Positions 12,348-23,570 of a DNA stretch of 64,000 nt are shown piece by piece. Source of the DNA: Anthoceros angustus (Eukaryota; Plantae; Anthocerotophyta); assembly GCA_010909165.1 (NCBI GenBank), contig MU008178.1, forward strand, positions 1,066,369 to 1,130,368, written 5' to 3'. Numbering within the stretch: position 1 is the first letter of the stretch; each line of letters opens with the position of its first letter. Both the position numbers and the translations under genes were made by a program. Below the pieces are notes generated by a model. The model was not told the DNA's origin and did no database searches. It saw only the letters and a program-made list of their open reading frames with translations.

Positions 12348-13079
12348 TCCTACTAATGATAATGTTTTGACTTGGAGTCTCACATTATCGGGGATTGGTT
12401 TGCACCTATATACTGCGTATTAGATTTGTTTGCTTGGTTGTTGGTCGGGAAGTGCTTATATGAATTCAAGTGCTTACCTCGTCGGCGTATGTGTGATACG
12501 CCAAGAATACAAAAAAAAAGATAATCCCATAACTAACATAAATCCAGAGAAACATATTTACAACATCATTTGCAAACTTGCCACATCAGCAAATAATAAA
12601 TCTATTCATAGATATTCCAATAAATGGTATTATTCCAAAAATCAAGTCTTGCACAATTTACAACCACATCTACAACAAACATGGTTTACAACGCCTTTAC
12701 AAGTACTTTACAACATCCTTTATGCCACGTCATTATAAATTCAACAAAATGTAGTTTTATTAACAAATAACCCCCATAGTTTTCTAAATCAAAAGAGTTT
12801 ATGCACAATTAACAACGCTATGTACAACGAGCAAGCCATGTCAACAAACCCCGCTAAAATTGTGTCAACATGCCATGTCAACAAATCCCGTTGTAAAATT
12901 GTGTCAACATGCCATGTCAACAAACCTTGTAAAATCCATGCCACATCATATTAGTTAGGAACCCTTGTTGTAAATGTTCAAAAACTTACAACAGTGGCTT
13001 TGAGTCAGTAGTAAGAGTGTTGTAGTTTCCTCTAACTAAACTTAGACCCACTTGTAAAAGGTAGCCTCCTCCTGTAGTG

Positions 13080-13940
13080 ATGTGCGGAGGTTCTACCGAC
13101 TGTGGCAAAGAATTCGTGGGGAATTTCAAGACTTGCTTGATAGGAGCTTGATTGATCATCGACGCGTCGAGATCATCCTCGCCGATGGACTTGTCAACGC
13201 TTGGTGCACCTTCAAGCGGCCTTGCAAAGTATTGTCTCACAAATGACCCAAGACATGGGATGAAGGGATGCCATACCTAGTGCTAGGGTAGGTGAGCAAT
13301 CAAGTAGCCTTGAGCAATTTTTCACCATACTACTTGTTGTATGGGCGACAACCATTTTGCCAAACGTGAGGCAAGCAAGGCTACAAGCACTGTGGATTGG
13401 CGAATCCGCGGATGATTGCCTACGACCGGAAAGGCGTAGCTAAACGGATCATGCCCATGGCAATGGAGAACCTTGCCATAGCGCAACACAGTGGATCAAT
13501 CGCTATGCTTACACACGAGGAGGGACATGGAAACCCAAGGTGCGCAAGTTCGGTTGGAGATTATGTCCATCGGCCGTGCAACACCTTGGAGGTATCCACC
13601 ACAGAGTCATCTTGCGGGTCGTCGAGTAGGCAAAGATGGAGTGCTTGAGCTCAAGGATCCGATGGTCAAGATGGAAGGATCACCTCAAGAATCGCACCAT
13701 GCCACTTACCCAATTTGGACCCTCAACTACGGCCTACAATGTGGCCCACCCAAAGACTTGGAGTGTCGTTTGTGGACGATCGATGATGATGATGTAATGC
13801 TTCTTGTGATCGGTGCAATAGGGGATACCACATGTTTTGTGTTCAACCACCTCTTGACGACATTCCCGAGGAAGATTGGTTTTGTGCACAATGCACTACA
13901 TGAGGTGCGATATGTAGTTCTACTAATGATAATGTTTTGA
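13080..13940 (+). pseudogene. Second tandem copy of the integrase-PHD segment
   Basis: Same sequence as 11482-12347 with additional small deletions; part of the duplication about 10886-12499 / 12506-14075. Confidence 0.85.
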
Positions 13941-14068
13941 CTTGGAGTCTCACATTATCGGGGATTGGTTTGCACCTATATATCTGCGTATTAGATTTGT
14001 TTGCTTGGTTGTTGGTCGAGGAAGTGCTTATATGAATTCAAGTGCTTACCTCGCATGACCGCCATGCC

Positions 14069-15380
14069 GTGTGATACTAATCTCTGCACTTGGGTTTAGT
14101 GTTTGATTAGCATTAATTAATCTAATTACTTATCTTTAAGTAAGTAATTAGTGTTAATTAATCTAAAGTGCTTATGTTAATTAAGCTGATTAGTGTTAAT
14201 TAATCTAATGTGCTTATGTTAATTAAGCATTGATTAGTGTTAATTAAACATGGTTAGCAATAGCTAAGTGGATAAGCTCAAGTAATATGCTTTGGCATAT
14301 TCCTTGCATATTATAGTGTATTCTTAGGATACAATAGCTAAGTGGATAAGCTCAAGTAATATGCTTTGGCATATTCCTTGCATATTATAGTGTATTCTTA
14401 GGATATTTCTGGCATATGCTGATGCCAATAGGATATCTTAGAATATGCCGATGCTAGGGTCTAGTATATATAGACCCTTCCATTGAGGACAAGCTGATCA
14501 TAGCTTGTCCTCTAGATATGCAATGCAAGGGTGTTGTGAGGAGGCCAAAGCTATGACCCGAGAGCGATGTGTGAGGAATTTGCGTGTTGTTCTCGTGGAG
14601 AGTGTGCCATGATGTGCGAGCTACTCCTCCCCGTTGTTATTGGTTTGCACCTATATATCTGCGTATTGATTTGTTTGCTTGGTTGTTGGTGGGAAGTGCT
14701 TATATGAATTCAAGTGCTTACCTCGACATTATGCCGTGTGATACTAATCTCCGCACTTGGGTTTAGTGTTTGATTAGCATTAATTAATCTAATTACTTAT
14801 CTTTAAGTAAGTAATTAGTGTTAATTAATCTAATATGTTAATTAAGCATTGATTAGTGTTAATTAATCTAATGCTTATGTTAATTAAGCATTGATTAGTG
14901 TTAATTAAACATGGTTAGCAATAGCTAAGTGGATAAGCTCAAGTAATATGCTTTGGCATATTCCTTGCATATTATAGTGTATTCTTAGGATACAATAGCT
15001 AAGTGGATAAGCTCAAGTAATATGCTTTGGCATATTCCTTGCATATTATAGTGTATTCTTAGGATATTTCGCATATGCCGATGCCAATAGGATATCTTAG
15101 GAATATGCCGATGCCGAGTCTAGTATATATAGACCCTTCCATTGAGGACAAGCTCGGATCATAGCTTGTCCTCTAGATATCTGCAAAGGTGTTGTAGGAG
15201 GCCAAAGCTATGACTCGAGAGGCGATGTGTGAGGAATTTGCGTGTTGTTCTCGTATGGAGTGTGTGTTGTGCCATGATGTCATAGCTACTCCCTCACGTT
15301 ATTGGTTTTACCTATATATCTGCGTATTAGATTTGTTTGTAGTTTGGTGAGTGCTTATATGAATTCAAGTTCTTACCTCG
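14069..15380 (+). repeat. Two tandem copies (about 660 bp) of an LTR-like AT-rich unit
   Basis: Units start TGTGATACTAATCT at about 14069 and 14737, contain an internal ~75-bp duplication (AATAGCTAAGTGGATAAGCTC...) and end ...GAATTCAAGT.CTTACCTC; they lie downstream of the integrase-PHD ORF. Confidence 0.75.
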
Positions 15381-15430
15381 TGCGACAGGATCTTGTTAGC
15401 ACATCGAGTTTCAGTGAGGAGTTTGCAAGT

Positions 15431-15660
15431 AGATAAGGAGAAGGTGTCACTGATAGCTGAGATGGACGCACCACAGACAGTGAAGCAGGTACGTGCTTTC
15501 ATAGGTTTAGTAGGATATTAGAGGAGGTTCATCAAAGACTTCGCCAAAAAGTCAACTTTATTGACATAGCTGACGAAGAAGGACACACCTTTCGAATGGA
15601 CAAAAGCTAGGTAAGAGGCTTTTCAGCAGTTGAAGGATAGCTTGGTGAGAAAAATAGTAT
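15431..15660 (+). pseudogene. Gypsy RT-RNase H connection-domain fragment
   Basis: Translates as DKEKVSLIAEMDAPQTVKQVRAFIGLVGY*RRFIKDFAKKSTLLT*LTKKDTPFEW...AFQQLKDSL, a typical Ty3 pol motif with in-frame stops. Confidence 0.85.
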
Positions 15661-16769
15661 CTTTGTGGAATTAGGAGAACTAGACCCATACACTTACCAA
15701 CGGATACAAAAGAAGATACGTCGGATGATTGGCGCACTTATGCTCCAAAGAGCTGGAGTGCATCGGACGTCCGGCGCACTTATACACCAAAGAGGTTCAG
15801 TGCACCGGGTTTGTAGAGGATTGCGTCAAATACTTGTGCAAGCAAACACTTTTGTTGCTTTGATTGCACATACACACCATCGCTGCGCTCCAGAGCTCCG
15901 TCAATGCTCTTTTCAAACCCTGTAATTCAGAGCAATCCTGCGTAGGCACACCACAGCGTTACCTTGCAAGTACCAGCGGGCGGGGAATGGGCAAGGTAAA
16001 GGATGGTGAGGCCTCCTCAATCCTTCTTGATCAAACTCTTCGGAGCTTACATTTCTCCTTGTCAGTTAATCGCTTTCAACCTTAGTCTACCCACGGGTGG
16101 CTAATGATGCAAGTCAGATCTTAAATTCAAAATCTCTTGGCGAAGCTGGGCTATAGTTTGTCTCTGAACACCTAGCTGCATCAGACCTGTAGTGAGTGTG
16201 ATAGTGGGTATAGACAGGTCCTTCTCCAAAGCCTCATTGAAATACTCAGCCATTTGGTCAAAATCCCAAGCTAAGGCGATTAGCCCTCTTTCTTTAGATA
16301 CTCGCTAGCTCTCACTAGGGCTCGCAGTGGCTAGGTAGATGCTCTTTTATACTTGTATTCGATTGCATCCAATAGGCTTTCATTACTCAATGATAGATCA
16401 TCTATTCTCTCTATTTTCTTGCTTTTTTGCAAAACATTGTGAAACATTGTCGTCTTCAAAAGGTTGGCCATCAGAAACCACCATTATACATGTCAAATTT
16501 TGGAAAATGTAGCTCATCTAAAAACCAAGGCCATGCATCTATACGTGCATCAAACTCGGATGAGCCGGAAATTTGGCACACCAATCGAAAAGATCCAGCT
16601 GCAAGTCAGCGGTAGGGGCACATAGAGTAAGGCCGAAAAGGTTTTACATGTTATATATAAAGCGAATATGGGAACATAACGTCAACTAATAAATGATTTT
16701 CAAAAATAATATTCATGATTTTATGCCTAGATACCAGGATGATTTAGAAATTTTTCTTACCATTAAAAA

Positions 16770-17285
16770 TCAACACCCCATCCCGGTACTGATCCGCCCC
16801 TTGTTTGCTTAACAGTGGAGTTCTTACAAAGTTTTCAAAGCACCAAAAACAAGCAAACCATTCTAGTACTGATTCGACCCAAGAGTATTGAACCTTGGAG
16901 TTCTCAAAGCACCAAAAGCAAGCACCCCATCCTAGTATTGTTGATCCGACCCAAAAGTGCTATACCCAGGAGATCTCAAAGCACCAAAAGCAAGCACCTT
17001 GGTTGCTTAACAGTGGAGTTCTTACAAAGTTTTCAAAGCACTAAAAACAAGCAAACCATCCTAGTACTGATTCGACCGTATTGAACCCTGGAGTTTTCAA
17101 AGCACCAAAAGCAAGCACCCCATCCTAGTACTGATCCCACACAAGAGTGCTAAACCCTGGAGTTCTCAAAGCACCAAAAGCAAGCACCCCATCCTAGTAC
17201 TGATCCCACACAAGAGTGCTAAACCTTGGAGTTCTCAAAGCACCAAAAGCAAGCACCCCATCCTAATACTCATCCGACCCAAGAG
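16770..17285. repeat. Minisatellite of about 69 bp (degenerate toward the left)
   Basis: AGCACCAAAAGCAAGCACCCCATCCTAGTACTGATCC.. recurs at 17101, 17170 and 17239 (69-bp period), with further variant copies upstream. Confidence 0.9.
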
Positions 17286-17530
17286 TACTAAACCATGGAG
17301 TTCTTATACTACTTGGTCTGTAGTAAACCATGGAGTTCTTATGCTACTTGGTCTGTACTAAACCATGGAGTTATTATGCTACTTGGTCTGTACTAAACCA
17401 TGGAGTTCTTATGCAACTTGGTCTGTACTAAACCATGGAGTTCTTATGCAACTTGGTCTGTACTAAACCATGGAGTTCTTATGCTACTTGGTCTGTACTA
17501 AACCATGGAGTTCTTATGCTACTTGGTCTA
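17286..17530. repeat. 35-bp minisatellite, about 7 copies
   Basis: Unit TACTAAACCATGGAGTTCTTATGCTACTTGGTCTG. Confidence 0.95.
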
Positions 17531-18098
17531 TCTATACCTTTACCAAGCGGATATACTTAAGGTAGATAGAAATAATAGATATATATATGCGCCGGACGTC
17601 CAGCGCATTCACTCCACCACTTCCATCGCGCTGGACGCCCGCAAGATTGGGGTCTCCAGAAAAAGGCATAAGCCTCACCTCGATGAACCTGAACCTTAAG
17701 AAGTCCTTGCCCATGGCCGCGTGCGTCTGAATAGCGAGGGGGTTGAAAGGATGTCTGAATAACGAGGGGGTTGAAAGGATGGCCTTCCTGCATGGGCAGT
17801 TCAAGCCAACAAGGCGACCTATAAGTGAGTCACGTTCTGCAAATGTTATCCTTGCGGTTCTTCTGATTTATTTTCAGAATATACCAAACTTAAAAAAATG
17901 ATATCCTTGCATCCGTGTTGGCTCAGCAAGGGAAAACTACTTAGAACCTCTAATATGAAGTCCTGTCTTGATTTGTCTGTATAACAAGTTATGTAGACAA
18001 ATCAGTCTCGCGGTTTTGACTGCTATCTCCGTCTGTGCTACAAATGAGCTATGAGCTTGAGTGCCAGTCCTTTGGAACAAAGGAGACGAGCCCTGACT

Positions 18099-18578
18099 TC
18101 AGGACTCTGCAATTCGGTCAAGCTCCGCTCTGAGCTGGTGAGAAAAATCCTCACTCACATCATCATCATCCCAATCGTCCTCCCATACCTGAGTTGCCTC
18201 TGTCTCTCCTACCTCATCATCCCAATCTGCGAAAGCGTGACAACATAAAATCTTGTTCTCAGCTACAATTGTACTCCACCCGAGCCAGGGCTTACAGAAT
18301 TGCAAAATCCAAAGAGGTGGTTCAGCCTTAGCCTAAAAACCCCCCCTCCGCCTCCCCCTCTCCCCGAGGCAAAACACGCAGAAGACTCAGCATGTCAAAG
18401 CCAAACAGAGAGCATGGAGACGCAGGAGCCTACAAGCTCCGCGAGCAAGAACCTCACCTTCCGTCTCGAACTCCTCAAACTCGTCATCGTCTTCAAGAAC
18501 CTCCAGCTTGATATCCTCGGAAGCCAGCGCAGGCTCATTGCCCACAACCGCTTGAGCATCAGCCGGAGTAGCCGCCAT
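18099..18578 (-). CDS. SEM1: 26S proteasome subunit SEM1/DSS1 (82 aa, 2 exons: 18578-18458, 18226-18099)
   Basis: Spliced translation MAATPADAQ...[55 protein letters not shown], with the DSS1 signatures EDDDEFEEF and [16 protein letters not shown]; GT-AG phase-1 intron keeps the frame. Confidence 0.96.
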
Positions 18579-18789
18579 AAGCTTGATCGACTCCGCCAAT
18601 TGACGATACCGGTTGTACTTCAACTTGATCTCGATGGCAAGCTTTAGGGCATACAGCAACAAGTTTCCCCCCAACAGTCCTTCTAAACGACGCGGCTATA
18701 TACAGGCTTTAATTCCAGGGTTTCGTAATCATAGATGTTGCTCATGTCGCTCCAGCCTGCCTTTGGCGGTTCACCTTGGCTGTTCACAA

Positions 18790-18970
18790 CCGAGGCTTAG
18801 GTGCACCTTCCTGATCTGGAGTCTTCCGAGGCTTAGATGCAGCTTCCTGATCTGGAGTCTTCCGAGGCTTAGATGCAGCTTCCTGATCTGGAGTCTTCCG
18901 AGGCTTAGATGCAGCTTCCTGATCTGGAGTCTTCCGAGGCTTAGATGCAGCTTCCTGATCTGGAGTCTTC
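18790..18970. repeat. 36-bp VNTR, 5 copies, about 210 bp upstream of the SEM1 ATG
   Basis: Unit CCGAGGCTTAGATGCAGCTTCCTGATCTGGAGTCTT; near-perfect copies. Confidence 0.95.
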
Positions 18971-20034
18971 AGACTAACAAGGTGAACAAATACATATGTG
19001 TTTGCCAGCAATGAATCGTTTATGGGCACTCTGCAACAAATTAGGGCATGGGGCAAGGACTTCTTCTCCGGGTATACCTTTGCGCACACGCGCCCTCAGA
19101 GAGACTCTGGTGCAAACTGCAGCCTGACTGCTTCTAATAAGCGTAGTAAGGTTGTATTTTGTACAAACAAGCAGATAAGATGCTTGTTCATAAGATTGTC
19201 TCGTAGGCACAAGCAGGACTGTAAATCCGGTCGTAGTCTAAATCTGTATTCTACTGGAATTCTTTATTGAAGGGAGAAGATGTGGGATAGCCCATCCAGT
19301 AGAGGACATCAAAGGGATCCCAAGGGCCGCTAAAGAGAGGAGCAACTGAGCTCCATCCCTGAAGTCACCTACTCCGCCACCAATGTCGTATGAGAGGCAC
19401 GAACTGCTCATGTACAACCGAGGTAGAAGAAATGCTGTTGAAGGGTTGCCGTCAATTTAACAATCGGTCGTTCCTTAGGTTGGGCCCGGTCGGCCATGCT
19501 CACAACCCCGAAAACAAACCGGCTACTGTTGTCCATTCGCCTGCATCCACGGACTGATAAGGAACACGTGGAAGTCCGGACAGGCGCAATGAATTTTATA
19601 ATCGATCGTTGCTTAGGCGCTCTGCCACGTGAGGAGCTACCTAGTGTTAGTCTGGCTTGTCTCCGACCCACTCCCCTCTTCGTCACGTTGCGAATTCGCC
19701 AAAACTGTGAAGATGTTTCAACAGTTACAGAACAACATTGAGATTAAGAGAGATATTGTCGGTCACGTCTGCACAGTGGAAGTGCACTGTCGTCAGCCCA
19801 TTCCGAGCTTCGCCTTACAGCTCATGGAGCTACAATTGTAATAAACAAAATGGCACATATTCTACCTGAGAATCCTCACCTGTTCGAGATGGGGAGCGAG
19901 ACCGCAGGTCACGCTAAGAAGCTTTTACGACAAAACACGCAGAGCCGGGAGATCAGCAGTTCAGAGGGCTCGGGCCTTCGAGCTCTCTGCCCCGAAGCAT
20001 CTGCTGGCAGCTATCTCTAGAGAACTTGCCACCG

Positions 20035-21069
20035 TCACTCCTTCAGCTTGGCGACGATATCTGCTGCAAGTTCATCCATGTTTGTATCCTTCATCTTCCT
20101 GAAGGGTCTAGGCATATCCTGTTGTTAACATCACATCAAAACATAATCGTCAACATTCGCCACAAACACCCACGACACAGTAATTTCAACTGGAATTTCT
20201 CAAGGGTTTACCAGCAGGGATATAAACGTCTGCCCGCCCTCTTCGCGAATCTCAAAACATCCCTTCCTTGGCTGGCGAAATTGACAGCACAGATATCAGT
20301 CCACCTTATCAATCGTACGTACCTAGAAGACCTCAAGCCTCCAGAGTACGTTAGTCACCAGTGGATCTGAATGCACATCTCGCAAAGAAGAAGAACAGGG
20401 TGAACCTTGTCAGGGTTGATGGAAATTTTAATATCCGGATAGGCCTCCTTCAACGCCTCCTCTATTTTCAAAGCTCTGGTTTTGAAGGAGTTGCATTGCT
20501 TGCTACACAAGCACAGTTCACAGGCCCTCATAAGAGCCAAGACCAGCAGACGCATGAAAGAGGAGAAGCACATTCTCGGTAACAAATTGAGAAGAAATAG
20601 CCAAAATGCAGATGGTATAGAAATCAAACCAATGCTCAATGACAATGTGCTTGGGGACTGATGTCGCCTTGATATCTTCTTCCTCAGCCATGGGGCTCTC
20701 CAGAGGAGAGGAGGGTGGTGACGCCTCTCCGTCAGCACTCTCGGGCTCAGACCCAGGGGAAGATGGCGGAGTAGGTGTTTCCTCCTTCTTGGCGGCCTTC
20801 TTCTTGGGAGCAGCCTTTGCCTTCGGGGCAGTCTTCGTTGGTGCCTTAGATTTGGCCGGCTTCGCTGCAGGCTTCTTCTTGGGCGGGGATTTTGGCGGAG
20901 GTTGTGCCTTAACAACCTTCGTTGGAGGCTGAGAAGCAACGACCTTGGCTGCTGCCTTGACCGTCGAAGCCCTGACCGGACCTGTCCTCTTCACCTTTTT
21001 GGACGAGACCTCAGTGTCTTCTGCAGGCGCAGAAATCTTGGCGGGTGCGGCTTTGCGCTTGGGAGCCAT
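20035..21069 (-). CDS. SelH: Selenoprotein H-like Rdx/thioredoxin-fold protein (226 aa, 4 exons: 21069-20630, 20502-20406, 20271-20212, 20118-20035)
   Basis: Lys/Ala/Pro-rich N-terminus (MAPKRKAAPAK...), then HIVIEHC-KQCNSFKTRA...INPDK-PRKGCFEIREEGGQTFISLL-DMPRPFRKMK...KLKE*; CxxC redox motif; three GT-AG introns with consistent phases. Confidence 0.93.
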
Positions 21070-22240
21070 TATCGTGGCTCCCTCTCTCCGGCCACCCGCA
21101 AGAGTAAAGGTGCAGAAACCTAGGTCAGAGCTGCACACGGAACCACACGGCGTTCTGCAAGCAAACAAAGTGATGAACCACGAATTACACCACGTCAAAA
21201 GACGACGCACCAGATGACCGGACAACAGTGCCCGGTGAACCTGTGCCACAAGACACACCAATCGCAGCTGGGACAGTAAACCTAAACAGTCTTCGTTGCC
21301 AAAGACTCCAAAACCAAAAAGCGCGAGGAGCTAGCTAGCCACCAGAACCAAATAGGCAGTAACCTGAGCTTCCACTAGCACGAAGAAGGAGAAACATGGA
21401 AGGTGCAGTACCAAGCTCAGAACAAAACACGGGAAGATCGGAGAACCAGCTGCTACAATGATTCAGACACGAGAACAGCAGCCGGCAGCTAGCACAACCA
21501 AAGGGAGTCCCATCACTCATCAGGTCACCGTTCTGTGAAGCAAGCCTGCCAGCAACACAGCATTCCCGCTTCCCAGAATGAAGCGACAGGAAACGAGCAA
21601 TCAGGCACTCCACATCTCCGCTTCTTCGACTACACTCAAACTTTCTCCTCACAGGAGACAGAACAGTATGTGGCACTACCCACCAAGATGGCGATGCTCC
21701 AGGCGCGTGAGGTACGGGCGGCGGAGCAGGCAGCCGCAACCCAGGGCTGCGCTCGATGCGCTTCCACGGGACTGGCTGCTTGAGAAGAATCAACATCCAC
21801 GAGGGAGGAGGTCCCAAGTTTGGCGAGGCAGCCCAGAATGGCGGAACCGCGGGCAGCTTTCCCGCTCCCACTGCACCTCCCTCGGTTCGAACTTGCCTTT
21901 TACCATGGATATCTCTAGGTACGGCTATGGTCCCCAGACATCAAGTTTTCAAAACGGTTCATAAATTGCTTTACGCCCCAACACGCACTAAGTACATACA
22001 TGCCCATGTACCTAGTCCTCCTTGGCCCTATGGTGGCTGCTCCCCACCGCCACCCTCAATGGAGATGATGGGACTTCCAATCTCTACATATGTATATAAA
22101 GTCTTATACTTAATATATATTTATATTTAGTATACTTACTTATACTTATATGAGAAAGGTATATAGAATTAATCACTAACGAGCGGTTGTGGGAGGATAC
22201 AGGAGAAAAGCAATAGTGAGAGGGAGCGATAGTAGTTGCA

Positions 22241-22376
22241 GCATTGCCCTTCATCTTCGGAAGCGAAGCCCATAGGAACTGAAGGGCATTAGTTCATTTC
22301 TTGTTGGAGCATTGCCCTTCATCTTCGAAAGCGAAGCCCATAGGAACTAAAAAGCATTAGTTCAGTTCTTGTTGGA
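22241..22376. repeat. 68-bp direct duplication (2 copies)
   Basis: GCATTGCCCTTCATCTTCG.AAGCGAAGCCCATAGGAACT...TTCTTGTTGGA occurs at 22241 and 22309. Confidence 0.9.
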
Positions 22377-23304
22377 CCACGCGCTCTTCACCATCGGGGA
22401 GGACATGGAGGTACGTGCGTCCGCTATTTGATGAACATTGCACAAGCAATCCGCTCATGACAAGTCTATCTGAATCATGGATGCATTGCAATTAAACATC
22501 GCCGACTTTGAGCAACGGTAGGTGCTATGCCGTGTACCATAGAGTTGCGGCTGGAACTCGATTACGTCAGTTGATGATCACCATCTACGATGTCGGGCAA
22601 GATATCGATGAGATCATTGGGCCCGCGCTGCAGCTCATCGACGACCACAATCCTGCTCAATACTTGGTGAGAAAGCAGGCGGACTAGACCGACCACATCC
22701 TTCAGGCTTTTCATTGCGGGATCAAGCCTGACTGCACCAAAGCCCCTCTCCTCATACATCCCTACCGACACCTCGACCGCACTAGGAACCTTTATTTATT
22801 ATATAGAGGGAGAGGAGGAGTTTCTCTACATCAATGGTGAGCCGTTGCTCTACTAACGGGTATATGCTTGCTCCAAACGAACCAAAAGCTCTTCTTTGTT
22901 TCGTGGTGTGTGGCTTCACTTGTATGAAAGAAAACCCTATCCTTTACAATAGGGCAAGGTCCAAAGACAAAATCCTTCCCAACCTGTTAGAACATCTCCA
23001 AGTTGAAGGACAATTCTCAGCCTTTTAACATCTAAAATAATGGTAAGGACGGCTCTCCTTTACATGAGAAGAGTCCCTTCCCTTTAGAACAAGCAGCTAG
23101 CAAAAAAACCAAATTCCGAGGGTGGACATGAAGGGCAAGGAACTTCCCCAGTCCTGGGACATTTTAGATGTGGTGGTGATTCATTGCAATTGATATGGCA
23201 CAAAGACGTATGAGAACCATTCATATGTGGTGGTGATTCATTGATATGGTATAGAGACTAGTATCAGCATAGTCCCTCAATAAAAAGGGTCTTTGTGCTT
23301 GACT

Positions 23305-23570
23305 CGGCGACGGGCACTAAGCAGGGGATCCTACGGGGGTGCCCTCTTCGCCATTGCGCATTTTAAGGCACTGTCGATCACTACCTCCTTGGTTTGGGAG
23401 TGTCTCTATCCGATAGTAGCGGACGATACTCATCTCCTAGGACCGGGGGATAAGGTCGAGGAAGCTTTCGAACTCTTCTCCTTTGGAGCTCAGTTGCCTT
23501 GGATTGAAGGTCAAGATCTTGAAATGCAAGGTCTGGTCCCCGTCATACCAAAGCATCTGGATCGAATATT
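23305..23570 (+). pseudogene. Non-LTR retrotransposon RT fragment (CRE/R2-like), domains 4-7
   Basis: GTKQGDP..GALFAIAHFKAL...LYPIVADDTHLLGP and, after a shift, LGLKVKILKCKVWSPS. Confidence 0.75.

Noticed and set aside
17699-19068. 15-bp inverted match GGGCAAGGACTTCTT flanking SEM1
   Set aside because: A few exact 15-mer matches are expected by chance in 64 kb; no TSD or extension.
20490-20632. Selenocysteine or SECIS in the SelH-like gene
   Set aside because: The motif is CKQC with ordinary Cys codons (TG/C split by the intron, and TGC), as is usual in land plants.
22562-22771. Walker B-like IVVVDE suggesting an NTPase
   Set aside because: Short isolated ORF with no Walker A; probably chance.
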